Part shown: positions 1-9,944 of the stretch, one piece after another
Layout of the letters: each line of letters begins with the position of its first letter
Numbering within the stretch: position 1 is the stretch's first letter
Origin: a virus
Lineage: Duplodnaviria; Caudoviricetes
Length of the DNA: 53,218 nucleotides
Virus record (IMG/VR): IMGVR_UViG_3300037150_000044
Coordinates: 1-53,218 of that record
Strand: one strand, 5' to 3'
Made by a program: the position numbers and the translations under genes
The notes under the pieces: generated by a model
What the model was told of the DNA's origin: nothing
What the model saw: the letters and a program-made list of their open reading frames with translations, nothing else
Databases searched by the model: none

Positions 1-751
1 TCTCGGTCACTACGACCGTGACAGGCTCAGTCAGCACAGCCCGGCCAACGCCTTGCAGATTGTCGAACGCGTTATTGTAGTTCTTCAGCGCATCGACATC
101 GTACGTCGGCACATGGAACGGAACGTCCTCGACCTTCAACTTGCCAGACCCAGTGAGAGCGCGCCAGATGAACTTGATCCATCCGAGGATCGAGCGCGGA
201 TACCGGCCCTTGCGCTTCGGCCCTTTGACGGACACACCGCCAGCAGTAGGAGCATTGGACGCGTGAACGTCGGGATCGTAATGAATTACCCCAAGCAATT
301 CAGAGATGTCGTCGCCTGCGGTTACCGTCACGAAGTCACCTTTACCGTCAGCAAGCCCGGCGTCGATCTGTTCTGTGTCGTTACTGGTGATGTCGATGGC
401 GAACTCACGAATGGGAAGCAGCAAGCCCTCCGACCATTCTTTGCGGAACTTGCGGACAGTCACGCGCCGGTACTTCATAGGAACGGTGCCATCCAGACCG
501 ATGTGACCCTCCCAGAGAAAAGCGAATGGCTGCGCCTGCGGGACGATTGAATCAGGTTGAATATAGACGGCCAAGTCTCCCGGCTTGAACTGACCTTTGC
601 GCACGACGACCTGATAGTTCTCAACGTCGATCAGTTCGAGGCTAGTGGTCTCGGGGTCGGGGTGAGCACGCAGCATATCCGCAGTGATGAGCACGATGGG
701 TGCGCGGTGGTTGGCTTTCTTCTCGACAACTTCTTCGATGGTTGATGTCAT
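1..751 (-). CDS. RNA ligase, DRB0094/Rnl2-like family with N-terminal OB-type domain (3' end outside window)
   Basis: Not in the ORF track because it is open at the edge. My translation: MTSTIEEVVEKKANHRAPIV...RAHPDPETTSLELIDVENYQVVVRKGQFKPGDLAVYIQPDSIVP...RVTVRKFRKEWSEGLLLP...VVVTE(K), running into ligase motif I at base 1. SD AAGGAG upstream. Confidence 0.8.
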   Translation of the reverse strand, partial: MTSTIEEVVEKKANHRAPIVLITADMLRAHPDPETTSLELIDVENYQVVVRKGQFKPGDLAVYIQPDSIVPQAQPFAFLWEGHIGLDGTVPMKYRRVTVRKFRKEWSEGLLLPIREFAIDITSNDTEQIDAGLADGKGDFVTVTAGDDISELLGVIHYDPDVHASNAPTAGGVSVKGPKRKGRYPRSILGWIKFIWRALTGSGKLKVEDVPFHVPTYDVDALKNYNNAFDNLQGVGRAVLTEPVTVVVTE

Positions 752-761
752 GTTTGTCTCC

Positions 762-998
762 TTAGAGTTTGATGTACAGTTCAGTTCCTTTAGGCATCAG
801 GTCGCCTGTGCCATGACCAAGCTCGTCTTCATCTTCGGTCACCGTTAGCTTTCCGTCAGTGTTACCCGACAGCCATGAGCATGTGTTCAGCCTGACCACA
901 AAGTTTCCGGCAGAGTAACGAACACACTGACCAATGAGTAGCTCTTGTGCGGTTGTTTGTGGGTACACAGAAGGTGCTGGTATCAAAGTTGCTTTCAT
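762..998 (-). CDS. hypothetical protein (78 aa)
   Basis: SD GGAGG upstream, tight packing in the minus-strand operon. Confidence 0.7.
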   Translation of the reverse strand: MKATLIPAPSVYPQTTAQELLIGQCVRYSAGNFVVRLNTCSWLSGNTDGKLTVTEDEDELGHGTGDLMPKGTELYIKL

Positions 999-1006
999 AG
1001 TGCCTC

Positions 1007-1321
1007 CTAATTAGGCCGGTTGAGCATTGTCTCTGCAAACATCTGTTGGCCCATCGGCGTAGGAAGGAACACGCGGTACCCTCTTCCGATCTTCATAGCG
1101 CTGGCCGTGATCTGCTCGGCGAAGTCTCCGGTCTTATCCTCGACAAGTCCGAGTCCGACCAGATCATAGCACTTCTCGCGGTTGGCAGTCAAGCGTCCTT
1201 TGGTCGGCTCGTCATCCTCCTCCTTCACGTCGATACTCATGAGGAGTTGGTGTTCGACGTTCGCCAAACGATACATGCTATGGTACTGATAGTCGTTCAG
1301 TTCGTAGATGTCGGCGGCCAT
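1007..1321 (-). CDS. hypothetical protein (104 aa)
   Basis: Start overlaps the upstream stop (TAATG). Confidence 0.7.
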   Translation of the reverse strand: MAADIYELNDYQYHSMYRLANVEHQLLMSIDVKEEDDEPTKGRLTANREKCYDLVGLGLVEDKTGDFAEQITASAMKIGRGYRVFLPTPMGQQMFAETMLNRPN

Positions 1322-1581
1322 TACTTCTTACCCTCAACGATGAACTTTATGACCGTTCCTGTGTCAATAATCTCCCCGGTGATGTATCCGTTGATGTAGC
1401 CTAAGTACCCGGACGATACGTTTACCCACTGGTGATCCGAGCTCAAGAACTTCTTTACCACCACCCATATCTCTGAAGCGTTGATGGAAGGACGGGCTAC
1501 TGTGCCGACCTGAAGGTCGTTAGCGCGTAGCTTGGTGTACCTTGGTTTTTGTGGGCTTATGTTCGTAACTTTCAATGCCAT
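1321..1581 (-). CDS. hypothetical protein (86 aa)
   Basis: SD AAGGAGG, operon packing. Confidence 0.7.
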   Translation of the reverse strand: MALKVTNISPQKPRYTKLRANDLQVGTVARPSINASEIWVVVKKFLSSDHQWVNVSSGYLGYINGYITGEIIDTGTVIKFIVEGKK

Positions 1582-1590
1582 GTGTCCTCC

Positions 1591-3252
1591 TTAGCGGTTA
1601 GCCTTGTACGCAGAGATTAGCTGACTCGCCGTTCCCTTGTCAAGGTCTTTCGGTATTGCCTTGCCCGGAGCTAAACGCTTCAGGGCTTGAATCTGTTTGT
1701 CAGTGGCGGGTGCGTCATGCCACCAAGCCTTCCGTTGCAGAACCTTCAACGCATCAGAAGCCTTGTCCGCGATCAAGTCATCAGCCACTTGGAATATCTG
1801 GCCCACTGTATCGCGTTCGCCTCTGTACTTCACTCCATTCACTTTACCAGATACGATCCACTTGTCAAGCAAATTCTGTTCAATAGTGATCTTTGCACCG
1901 GTCGGCCTGCCGTCCTTGTCCTTCTCAGGAAGCAAGAGCACGAAGCCGCCAGTTGGTGAACGCATCCAGCATAACTCAGAGTTCGCCTCAACCTCAGGAG
2001 CGAAGCAAACCTTCATCAGGCTCACCTTCTCGATGTACGTCTCTAGCGTGCAGATGTCTTCGAGCGCAGTGAAGTCGATGTGCGGGTTGTTCTTGACCGC
2101 CTCCTCAAGTTGCTTCACAGCCCAGAGCAATCCCTTGCCCTTCAGGTCAATCTCTGCGCCCAGACCCATGAGTGTCGGCAGGGTGAGCAGCGTGTTCTTC
2201 TTGCTTGCGTCCACAACGTCGATGACGATGCAGTTGGTCTTACCAAGGAAGAGTCGCGTACCGCGTCCGACCATCTGGCAATAGAGCACACCAGACTTAG
2301 TGGGACGCGCCAACAGGATGCAGCTTATTTGAGGATCGTCGTATCCCTCGGTGAGGACTCCGCAGTTGAGGAGCACCGTCGTCGCACCGGACTTGGAACG
2401 GGCAATCTTGTCTGCTCGTTCTGGGTCAGTTCCCCAAACCGCTTCGGATTTTACTCCGTAGTGTACGAACATGGCGGCGAGGTCAACGGCGTGTTGGATG
2501 TCGGCAGTGAAGCCGATGGTGGGTCTGCCTTGAGCGTTGTCGAGCCATGCCTTGACGACGATCTGATTGCGCGTAGGCGTGTTGACCGCTTCGGCCAAAG
2601 ACTTCTGCGAAAAGTCGCCACCGCTTGAAGTAACTCCAGCGAGTGACGTATTAGTCCGTACCCTAATCCCGATGGGTTCGACAAGGAAGCCATCCTCAAT
2701 CGCCTTTCGTAGGCCATACTCGTGAACGATCTTGCGGAAGACCTTAGCGAGTGCCGCGCCGTCTGCACGGGTAGGTGTAGCGGTAAATCCAACATGGAGT
2801 TTATGAGTGTCGGGTCGGAGAACGTCAGCGAACTCGTACGTGTTTGTGTAGGAAACGGATGTGGCATGGTGAGCCTCATCTGTGATGATCTTGTCGATTG
2901 ATTCCCACGGGAAGCGGGCAGCGCGTTGACTGTCCTTACGGCCCAGCGTAGCGACTGAGCCAACGATGATGTCTGCGTTCACGTCCCCGATGTTGGCTCC
3001 CTGCTCCTTGGTTACGTGAGCTTCTGGGTTCGCCTCATGTAGGTCGTCAAGAGCTTGGTCAAGCAACTCCTCACGGTGCGCTAGAACGAGCGTGCGGCCC
3101 GGTAGACGCGTCCCCATCACCTCGGGTATGCGAGAGAAGGTATAAGTCTTGCCGGTGCCTGTGGCAGCCGATATGAGTTGTTGCCGCACGGCCTTGTCGT
3201 AGTTGAAGACGATGGCTTTGTGCTGATCGTTTTGATAATAGCGTAGTGGCAT
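1591..3252 (-). CDS. Superfamily 2 DEAH-box helicase (ResIII/Irc3-like)
   Basis: Q motif LRYYQ, Walker A ATGTGKT, DEAHH, motif III TAT, motif V LTEGYD, motif VI QMVGRGTR. Confidence 0.92.
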   Translation of the reverse strand: MPLRYYQNDQHKAIVFNYDKAVRQQLISAATGTGKTYTFSRIPEVMGTRLPGRTLVLAHREELLDQALDDLHEANPEAHVTKEQGANIGDVNADIIVGSVATLGRKDSQRAARFPWESIDKIITDEAHHATSVSYTNTYEFADVLRPDTHKLHVGFTATPTRADGAALAKVFRKIVHEYGLRKAIEDGFLVEPIGIRVRTNTSLAGVTSSGGDFSQKSLAEAVNTPTRNQIVVKAWLDNAQGRPTIGFTADIQHAVDLAAMFVHYGVKSEAVWGTDPERADKIARSKSGATTVLLNCGVLTEGYDDPQISCILLARPTKSGVLYCQMVGRGTRLFLGKTNCIVIDVVDASKKNTLLTLPTLMGLGAEIDLKGKGLLWAVKQLEEAVKNNPHIDFTALEDICTLETYIEKVSLMKVCFAPEVEANSELCWMRSPTGGFVLLLPEKDKDGRPTGAKITIEQNLLDKWIVSGKVNGVKYRGERDTVGQIFQVADDLIADKASDALKVLQRKAWWHDAPATDKQIQALKRLAPGKAIPKDLDKGTASQLISAYKANR

Positions 3253-3527
3253 TACTTAGGCATCCAGCCTTTCCTGCGCGTGAATCGAACCAGCAGGTCG
3301 AATCTTCCAACGGCTATGACTTCGAGGGCAAGGAACCCATCGTGAAAAGCTCGGTGACACTGGGCGCACAATGTAAGCAGGTTGTTTAGTTCATCCTTGC
3401 TCTTCGCGCCTTTGCACTGCTCTATAACGTGATGCGGGTGGAGACCGTTCCTGTCTTTACAGTGTCGGCACTTCCACCCGTCTCGTTTGTAGCAGGCACG
3501 CGATACCTCAGGTGGTAGCGGTGGCAC
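3252..3527 (-). CDS. HNH endonuclease (small, Zn-binding)
   Basis: RDGWKCRHC...HPHH...NLLTLCAQCHRAFH. Confidence 0.88.
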   Translation of the reverse strand: MPPLPPEVSRACYKRDGWKCRHCKDRNGLHPHHVIEQCKGAKSKDELNNLLTLCAQCHRAFHDGFLALEVIAVGRFDLLVRFTRRKGWMPK

Positions 3528-4137
3528 GCATGGCCTCTAGTCTTGTATCAGCTTCGCGTGTGATCCCAACTTGAATACCCTTCGGTGGGAAGTCACTCAG
3601 CCCGATGCCGCACTTGCACAGGAACAGAACCATGTGCGCCGGGTCAGCCACCGTAGGCCGTGGTTGGAACTCCATGACCAGTCCGCAAGGACAGGAGACA
3701 GGCCCAACGTACGCAGCGAACTTATCCAGCAGTTCATCCTTCTCTTTGTGCAGCCGGGCAACTTCTTCCTCGACTGACACGCCGATGTTCTTGTAGACCT
3801 GCTTGGCGCGGTCGTCCCATAGCTCTACCATCCCATAGTCCTTCTCACAGGTGATAGGAAGCTCCTTGCCGAATTGGTCATAGCACCATTGCTTGATTGC
3901 GATGCGGGCTGCACGAGCTTCTGCGCAACGAGAGTTGTACTCGTGCTCAGATACCCCACTGGTAATATCCAGTTGCCACACACGTGCCGTAAAGATACGC
4001 ACGTCCTTGCCCTCGGCTAACCATCTGCGCACGCGGTCAACCATCAGAGGGATGGGTGCGCCTAGCACACCGGCTCCTTTGAAGTTGTGATAGTGCGCAA
4101 GGGTGCCGTCAAAATCAACACCGATCCATGCGTTCAT
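3508..4137 (-). CDS. HAD-superfamily phosphatase (PNKP-phosphatase-like) with C-terminal Cys-rich extension
   Basis: IGVDFDGTL motif I, IFTAR motif II, K and LWDDR motifs. Start moved to the ATG at 4137 (ATGA overlap, SD GGAG). Confidence 0.8.
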   Translation of the reverse strand: MNAWIGVDFDGTLAHYHNFKGAGVLGAPIPLMVDRVRRWLAEGKDVRIFTARVWQLDITSGVSEHEYNSRCAEARAARIAIKQWCYDQFGKELPITCEKDYGMVELWDDRAKQVYKNIGVSVEEEVARLHKEKDELLDKFAAYVGPVSCPCGLVMEFQPRPTVADPAHMVLFLCKCGIGLSDFPPKGIQVGITREADTRLEAMRATATT

Positions 4138-4496
4138 GCTCTCTCCTTCAGGTATTTCTCGCGCAACACGTTCCACATCGCAACGACTTGCTTACGGGTT
4201 ACGGGGTCGGCAATCTCATGCGGTTCCGTCGATAGATATGGAACCTCTTCGACATAGGCCGCGTGCAGGTATTCCAGTTCGTCGTCATCCTCGCGCCTGT
4301 CCGAACGTTGATAGTCTAGGCCAAACAAGAAGCCCCCGGCGATACCAGCCACAGCAGCCCCTAGAAGGCCCAACTGCGCAAGAGGATACATATACCCTAG
4401 ACCGATCAGCACAAGGAGCACCAGCAGCCCGTAGGCGCTACAGCGGGCCATCTCAGAGAACGATAGATCACTCATCGGTATCAACGGGTTCGTCAT
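4134..4496 (-). CDS. membrane protein, two predicted TM helices
   Basis: Hydrophobic runs AYGLLVLLVLIGLGYMY and LGLLGAAVAGIAGGFLFGL; SD GAGGAGG before the ATG at 4496. Confidence 0.6.
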   Translation of the reverse strand: MTNPLIPMSDLSFSEMARCSAYGLLVLLVLIGLGYMYPLAQLGLLGAAVAGIAGGFLFGLDYQRSDRREDDDELEYLHAAYVEEVPYLSTEPHEIADPVTRKQVVAMWNVLREKYLKERA

Positions 4497-5190
4497 TGTC
4501 TTCCTCCTCAGCCGTGGCGTACTGCCCGGCGTTATTGCTTGGGTCGGCCAGTACATCGGCAGCCCATGCTTCCACGCAGGTAGCGTCACTGGCATCCTTC
4601 GATACGCCTTCGTCATCCTTGCCTACCGAACCGATGTTGGCCTTGGTCAACTCCAGCGCAGGCGTGATAGTGTTCTCGAACGCAGAACGCGTAAACGGTA
4701 CGTTCCACCACACGATGTCATTCTCGCCGGTCAGACCTTTCAAGGTCTTGACATTGTTTTTTAGTTGATCCGTTGTGATAGACTCACCGGCCTCTACGAA
4801 CCCAGTGATGAACTCACGAAGGGGAGTTTTCACAGAAGTGTTAGGGTTTGTCCACTCTGCGTCTGGATCAAGAGAGGTAATCTCTCTAAGACGCGCAATG
4901 CCTAAGGGTTCGTATACCTCTCGGGTTATACCAACTTTGTCCATCACCTCTGCCATACGCGTGAGATACTGAATCTTGCGTGGTTTGATCTTGGTCAGGG
5001 TCTTGTAGTAATCCTGAAAAGTTGTGAACGGGTGAAATAGGCCTTTGCGCTTTATGTTATAGCAGAGGGTGGCGATGTCAAAATTAGAAGTCTCTTGGAA
5101 CTTGATCAGACTCTCCAGTTGTTTCTTTGCTTTGTGCGCTTCACCTGCCACTACCTCGCCTACGATAACCTGTGGAGTAATACTTTTCAT
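4468..5190 (-). CDS. hypothetical protein (240 aa), possibly DNA-binding
   Basis: Long ORF with an acidic tail, in operon. Confidence 0.75.
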   Translation of the reverse strand: MKSITPQVIVGEVVAGEAHKAKKQLESLIKFQETSNFDIATLCYNIKRKGLFHPFTTFQDYYKTLTKIKPRKIQYLTRMAEVMDKVGITREVYEPLGIARLREITSLDPDAEWTNPNTSVKTPLREFITGFVEAGESITTDQLKNNVKTLKGLTGENDIVWWNVPFTRSAFENTITPALELTKANIGSVGKDDEGVSKDASDATCVEAWAADVLADPSNNAGQYATAEEEDNDEPVDTDE

Positions 5191-5254
5191 TTCAACCTCT
5201 TTGCTAATGCTTTGATGTGCTTCACAAAATCAGCGTACAGCATGTTGCTTTTCA

Positions 5255-5656
5255 TTACTTCCCTTTCTCCAGCCTTTCGACCGTTGACAAAACTTCCGGC
5301 CAGTTGTTAGCGTACCTAACACCCTTATCATCCACGTAATAAGACGCACTGACCTTACCTTTTGTACCGTCATCAACTACGTCGTAGGGCATCTTGTGCT
5401 TCTTCAACCACGCGACCATATCCTTGAACACCTTACGATCTTTAGCCGGAATGAATTCAGAACCGGCGTAATAAATGTCCCAGTTCCAGCCGCACGAACG
5501 GCAACTGGATATGATGATGGTAAAACCCATCTTCTTCAAAGCCAGTAAAGCCTTGCGTGCTCCCGGTTTGGGCTTTCCGCACTCAGGGTACTTGGAATCG
5601 CAAATGGTCTGGTCAAAGTCAACGCAAATCGTCTTAGGCTCAGTTAGGACTGGCAA
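5255..5656 (-). CDS. HAD-superfamily phosphatase (capless)
   Basis: ICVDFDQTI, ISSCR, GK...YYVDDK. Confidence 0.8.
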   Translation of the reverse strand: MPVLTEPKTICVDFDQTICDSKYPECGKPKPGARKALLALKKMGFTIIISSCRSCGWNWDIYYAGSEFIPAKDRKVFKDMVAWLKKHKMPYDVVDDGTKGKVSASYYVDDKGVRYANNWPEVLSTVERLEKGK

Positions 5657-6816
5657 GCGGCCTCCTTAGGTTGTACGACTTCATCATCGTAAGGATCACC
5701 CATGACTGGGCGACTCAGTTCACCTTTGAACTCGTCCTTCACAATTGCCCATGCAGGTTTGCTAGTGTCTCCGTTGTCCAGCATGGTGAAACAAATCTTC
5801 GAGTACAGCTTGTTGTCAGGCTGTAAGAAGTATGCCGCAATATCCTTACGGCTACCGCGATGCGCCTCAAGCCCTCGGTCGAAGATGCCCTTAGCCTTTA
5901 CGAGGATGCGACCGTAGCTCTCACACAGAGCGTTCGACCATCTCTCCACGAACTCAGCAAGCTCAGGTGCCGCGCTTGCCTTCCACGTCTCGATGGTGCT
6001 GAAGTCCTTGGCAACCAGAGCTTCGAGTACGGCCTTAGGCGTTGCAGCGTGAACGATCTTCTGCAACTTCAGGAACGTCTCATGCTTGACCTTGATCTTC
6101 AGAGGGGTCTGCCCAGCACGCGGCCATGACAACACGTAACCTTCTTTGTTGTCGCGATCCTCTGACGCAGCGTCGATGACTGACTTAGCAAATAGCTCCG
6201 TGACCTTCAGACCGTTTATGTTGGCGTAGTAATAGACCTCGTTGTACGAAGCCTCCTCGCCAGTCTCCTTGTTGATCAGAGCCAACAGGATCAGTTGATC
6301 AGGCATATCGTAGTAGACGACGTGGCGTTGGACGCTCTGGACAACCATCTCAAAAACTGGTGTGTATCCTTCAGGCCATTGCGGATTTCGGCAGTTACGC
6401 AAATACCACGTTGTTGCCCAGTTAGCGTGATCAGATGTAAATGAACCTTTCGATGCTACACCAGAAACAACCGTCTCTCCTCCTACTTTCCACTCGTATA
6501 AGATTCCTAGACTTCCGTCCAGTTTGTCAAAAACCTGCGGTTGCTCTAGCGGTAGGTTGGTGATGTGCGTCTCGGGTTTGTCGAGTGTGTCGAGGTTGAA
6601 GAATTTCTCAAACGCACGCGATACGATTGTGCCATCATCGGACACGATCAGACCTCGGCACTTGCACGTGATGTCATCCCAGATGTTTTCGTACGTGGCC
6701 CGGCGTGAGTAGCACAGGATCGTTAGGGGAAGTGTGGGGTGCTTGCGCTCGTCCACGATTCCTTCCTCGATGTACTTCATTAGCTTGTCTACGTCCATGT
6801 ACTGATCAATCGTCAT
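5644..6816 (-). CDS. RNA ligase, T4 Rnl1 family
   Basis: CRGLIV...RAFEKFFNL, motif I KLDGSL, KGSF, FEM, EGYV, KIK. Start at the ATG with SD AAGGAG. Confidence 0.9.
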   Translation of the reverse strand: MTIDQYMDVDKLMKYIEEGIVDERKHPTLPLTILCYSRRATYENIWDDITCKCRGLIVSDDGTIVSRAFEKFFNLDTLDKPETHITNLPLEQPQVFDKLDGSLGILYEWKVGGETVVSGVASKGSFTSDHANWATTWYLRNCRNPQWPEGYTPVFEMVVQSVQRHVVYYDMPDQLILLALINKETGEEASYNEVYYYANINGLKVTELFAKSVIDAASEDRDNKEGYVLSWPRAGQTPLKIKVKHETFLKLQKIVHAATPKAVLEALVAKDFSTIETWKASAAPELAEFVERWSNALCESYGRILVKAKGIFDRGLEAHRGSRKDIAAYFLQPDNKLYSKICFTMLDNGDTSKPAWAIVKDEFKGELSRPVMGDPYDDEVVQPKEAACQS

Positions 6817-6890
6817 GCCGGTTCTCCTTGTACTAATGCCGGTGGGCCTCATCCATCGAAGGCAAGGTTCCCACCGGCTTCTTCAGTTGG

Positions 6891-7841
6891 TTAGAGCTTT
6901 ACTGTATCCTCGTACTCTGCGTCCACAACGTCAGTCGTGTCCACAGTGCCGGTCACAGTGTTGTTCGCATCGCCGGTCACAGCTTCGTCAATGCTCTGCT
7001 CTGCGTCAACGACTGCGTTGGCAATCGGCTCTGCATCGGCAGCACTAGCGCGGCGTTCGACCTGTTCCGCGAACTTCTGGAACATAGCACCGAACGCGAT
7101 ACGGTCTTCGTCCTCAACACCCTCAAAATCAGAGAATTCCAAAATATAGAATTTATACTTGCCTTTCTCCACCAGCTTCGTTGTCAGCTTGAAGCTCACG
7201 TCGAAGATGTTAGGTGCAACGCCGGTCACAGCAGAGCGCAGTTCGAGCTTGCGTGCGAGACGCTTCATGGCCTTCTCGAATCCCTCCTTGAGGGTCGAGC
7301 GTACGTATAGGTTCAGCGGCATCTTGTACACGGTGTCGATGAGGACAGCCTTGTACGAAAGCTCACAGGGAGGAATATCCTGCTTGGTTGTCTGAATGCC
7401 CTTGTCTTGCTTGTCACGGAATTGCTTCCACGATCCCTTGGGACAGGTCGAACACGACGGTGCCTGCGGGTACTTCGCCTTGGCGTCCGGCTCACTGGTC
7501 TCAACCTCGCGGTTGGTCTCAGGGTCGTACTGCCGTGTGACGTTGTTGCAGAAGCAATGTAAGTTCTCTGGGGAACGGTTCAATTCGCCGGGTTCACCGA
7601 TGTAATACTGGCGATGTTCGGTCGGCTCTGCCAGCAAGGTGACGCGCATTTCCTTGAACTGGAAGTCGATGTCTCCGTCGATGATCAGGTTGCCTTTGAT
7701 GGCCCCGTCGAGGGTGGAGTTCGACTGTACGATGCTGAGGGTTGCGGGCTTCAGGTCGAAGAGACGCGAGGAGCCACTGTATCCCATGCCCACAGGGGCG
7801 ATGGCGGTGTTCTGTCCTACGATTGCAAGTTCGTTGCTCAT
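6891..7841 (-). CDS. putative ssDNA-binding/annealing protein
   Basis: CxxC plus further Cys residues, acidic C-terminal tail, position near the nuclease and helicase. Function is inferred. Confidence 0.5.
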   Translation of the reverse strand: MSNELAIVGQNTAIAPVGMGYSGSSRLFDLKPATLSIVQSNSTLDGAIKGNLIIDGDIDFQFKEMRVTLLAEPTEHRQYYIGEPGELNRSPENLHCFCNNVTRQYDPETNREVETSEPDAKAKYPQAPSCSTCPKGSWKQFRDKQDKGIQTTKQDIPPCELSYKAVLIDTVYKMPLNLYVRSTLKEGFEKAMKRLARKLELRSAVTGVAPNIFDVSFKLTTKLVEKGKYKFYILEFSDFEGVEDEDRIAFGAMFQKFAEQVERRASAADAEPIANAVVDAEQSIDEAVTGDANNTVTGTVDTTDVVDAEYEDTVKL

Positions 7842-7865
7842 TATTCTCCTTAGTTACTTCCTCTA

Positions 7866-8063
7866 CTAGCTTACTACACTCAACGGTGACGTGTCAAGAG
7901 ATTTCTCACGCTCAAAATAATGGCGTGCCCAGTTGGAACCGGCGTCCCGAATAACGGTCACCAGCCTCCAACCTTTCCGGGCCATGTCGTTGAGCATTGT
8001 GTCCACATGGATACTGGCGCACATGCCCTCATGCCGGATAACGGTGTACTCGTATTGCATCAC
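7866..8063 (-). CDS. DUF4177-like small protein
   Basis: YEY...LNDMARKGWRLV...YFER pattern. Confidence 0.65.
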   Translation of the reverse strand: MMQYEYTVIRHEGMCASIHVDTMLNDMARKGWRLVTVIRDAGSNWARHYFEREKSLDTSPLSVVS

Positions 8064-8221
8064 TCAGCCACGACCGCGTGCGCCTCACAAAGAGGTGTGC
8101 GGCTCGATTTGTTTTTCTGACCACGTTGGTCGGACGAGAATCCGAACTTGGTGGCAGGTTTAGTGCAAACAGCGCATTCACGCTGCGTCCCGGTTGCTTC
8201 GGTTACGTGTTGGATTTTCAT
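8060..8221 (-). CDS. small Zn-finger-like protein (53 aa, not in ORF track)
   Basis: MKIQHVTEATGTQRECAVCTKPATK...PLCEAHAVVAE*; SD GGAGG. Confidence 0.6.
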   Translation of the reverse strand: MKIQHVTEATGTQRECAVCTKPATKFGFSSDQRGQKNKSSRTPLCEAHAVVAE

Positions 8222-8229
8222 GTTGCCTC

Positions 8230-8427
8230 CTAGCCTCGGTGGGCTGCGAATCCCATCTTCTGAACCCAGCGAACCACAACGTGGTGGAAGCTGCGGTGAA
8301 TGTCATCCCACGACGGCGGTTTGGTCATGTCGTCACGGAGCATGTTGTGCTTGCGTAAGGCAGTCAATTCAAGGCTCTCAACAAGAGACATGAACTCTTC
8401 CTCAGTTACCACGTATTGCTTTGCCAT
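8230..8427 (-). CDS. hypothetical protein (65 aa)
   Basis: TAATG overlap, SD GGAGG. Confidence 0.65.
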   Translation of the reverse strand: MAKQYVVTEEEFMSLVESLELTALRKHNMLRDDMTKPPSWDDIHRSFHHVVVRWVQKMGFAAHRG

Positions 8428-9821
8428 TAGCGAAACCTCCCTAGAAGACCACCACTAGACCGAGTTTCACGAGCAAGCATAGAAGTGATGCGATCAGGAG
8501 TGCCCACCGATCCATTGGTGGGACTGACTGAAGCAGGCTTTGGCCGATCCTTTGGCCGGTTTGCAATAGCCTCCAAGCTGTTGATTGCATTGGTGTCCAC
8601 CCTCTTTTCTGTGACCTTTGCGACCGGCACTTTGGCCGGTTTGCCTTCGCCTTTCTTGGCACGTTTGGGCGGATTGATTTGAGCCTCAGCCCAGACGCCA
8701 GCGCAGTATCGGCACGGGCCGCCCTCGTCGGTCTTGCAATTCGGCTTCTTGAACCCCTTGTAGCCCTTCTTGGAACCCCCACAATCGCCAGCTAAGGCCA
8801 CTAGGCGGGCCGCCTGCTTCTCAGCCTTGGCCTCGGCACGTTCTTTTACCAGCAACGCGTCCTTGGCCTCCCTAGCGATTCTACGTTCCTCGCGGTACGC
8901 TGCCCGGATACCAGCCTTCACATCCGCGATACGCTTCTTCAACTGCTCCACGCGCCGAGTGAGGTCTAGGCACATGACGAATCCGCCGAAGTCCGAGGGG
9001 AAGTTCGTCTTGTCGAGGTGCCACGGATCAAATGCCGCGTCATCTTTCCCCAAACGAATTACCCACCTGTCCTCAATATCCACTCCATGCTCTTCCTCGA
9101 ACGCTTGCTCGTAGGCGGCAGTCTGGAACAGGTACTCAAGATACAGGTAGTTCGATGTCTTCCAGTCAACGACGGTCAGCCGGTCAACCCAAGGCTTCTT
9201 GCCTCGGCATCCCTGACAGTGAGAATCACCGCAGGAGGACACGCGGGCCAGACCGTCCATCGTTCCCGCATAGCGATACTTGCGGGAGTAAATCTTGCGC
9301 TCAGTCTCTATCCATTGAACGTTGTGCTTAGCCATCCAGTCGAGTGCAGCTACGCACGCGTTAGCAGATGACTCGTTCTCTGGAAGTGCCTGAGCTAGGT
9401 TGAACGCCTCGTCATACTTCTTGGCGATCAGCAGCTTGATGAATGACTCGACCCAGTTGTGAGCCATGTGACCAATTGCACCGGCCTCTTCCAACTTCTC
9501 TTGATGCGCCGACTTGCCATCCAGTACCCAGTTCTCAAGTTGGTCGTGAGAAAAGATGTACGCGTTCGCGGTTTCTGCTACGGGAATGGTGCGCAATAAC
9601 TTCTGCGCCATCATCTTGCATCCCCACGGAACAAGGGCATCGCTCTTGTCCAAGATGTGACAGACGTTGGTAACGCCCTTCTGCTCTTCAAGCTCACCGT
9701 CGTCCGTCACCCTGAGGTAGACGTGATCCTTTGGATCGTAACGTAGCTCAATCTCGCCGTCGTAGAACAGGTACTTCTCTGTCCACCCGCCGAACTTATT
9801 GATGAAGTCCGTGATTGCCAT
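8427..9821 (-). CDS. PD-(D/E)XK (RecB/Cas4-like) exonuclease with basic C-terminal extension
   Basis: GHMAHNWVE...ETERKI...YAGTMDG...VVDWKTS...FQTAAYEQA. Confidence 0.85.
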   Translation of the reverse strand: MAITDFINKFGGWTEKYLFYDGEIELRYDPKDHVYLRVTDDGELEEQKGVTNVCHILDKSDALVPWGCKMMAQKLLRTIPVAETANAYIFSHDQLENWVLDGKSAHQEKLEEAGAIGHMAHNWVESFIKLLIAKKYDEAFNLAQALPENESSANACVAALDWMAKHNVQWIETERKIYSRKYRYAGTMDGLARVSSCGDSHCQGCRGKKPWVDRLTVVDWKTSNYLYLEYLFQTAAYEQAFEEEHGVDIEDRWVIRLGKDDAAFDPWHLDKTNFPSDFGGFVMCLDLTRRVEQLKKRIADVKAGIRAAYREERRIAREAKDALLVKERAEAKAEKQAARLVALAGDCGGSKKGYKGFKKPNCKTDEGGPCRYCAGVWAEAQINPPKRAKKGEGKPAKVPVAKVTEKRVDTNAINSLEAIANRPKDRPKPASVSPTNGSVGTPDRITSMLARETRSSGGLLGRFR

Positions 9822-9915
9822 TGTTCTCCTGAATGTGTGCTTGTTTTGTTTGCGGTTACTGGACGCCGCCCTGTATTGAAGCTATTTGGCAGGCCAAGCT
9901 CCTGCGCGAGTATTC

Positions 9916-9944
9916 AGTATACCACAACGTACGGCGTACGTCAA
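9916..9944 (-). promoter_or_regulatory. sigma70-type promoter
   Basis: TTGACG-17-TATACT with extended -10 TG. Confidence 0.7.

Noticed and set aside
8427-9821. Cas4 implying a CRISPR system
   Set aside because: A stand-alone PD-(D/E)XK nuclease in a replication context, with no array or other cas genes.
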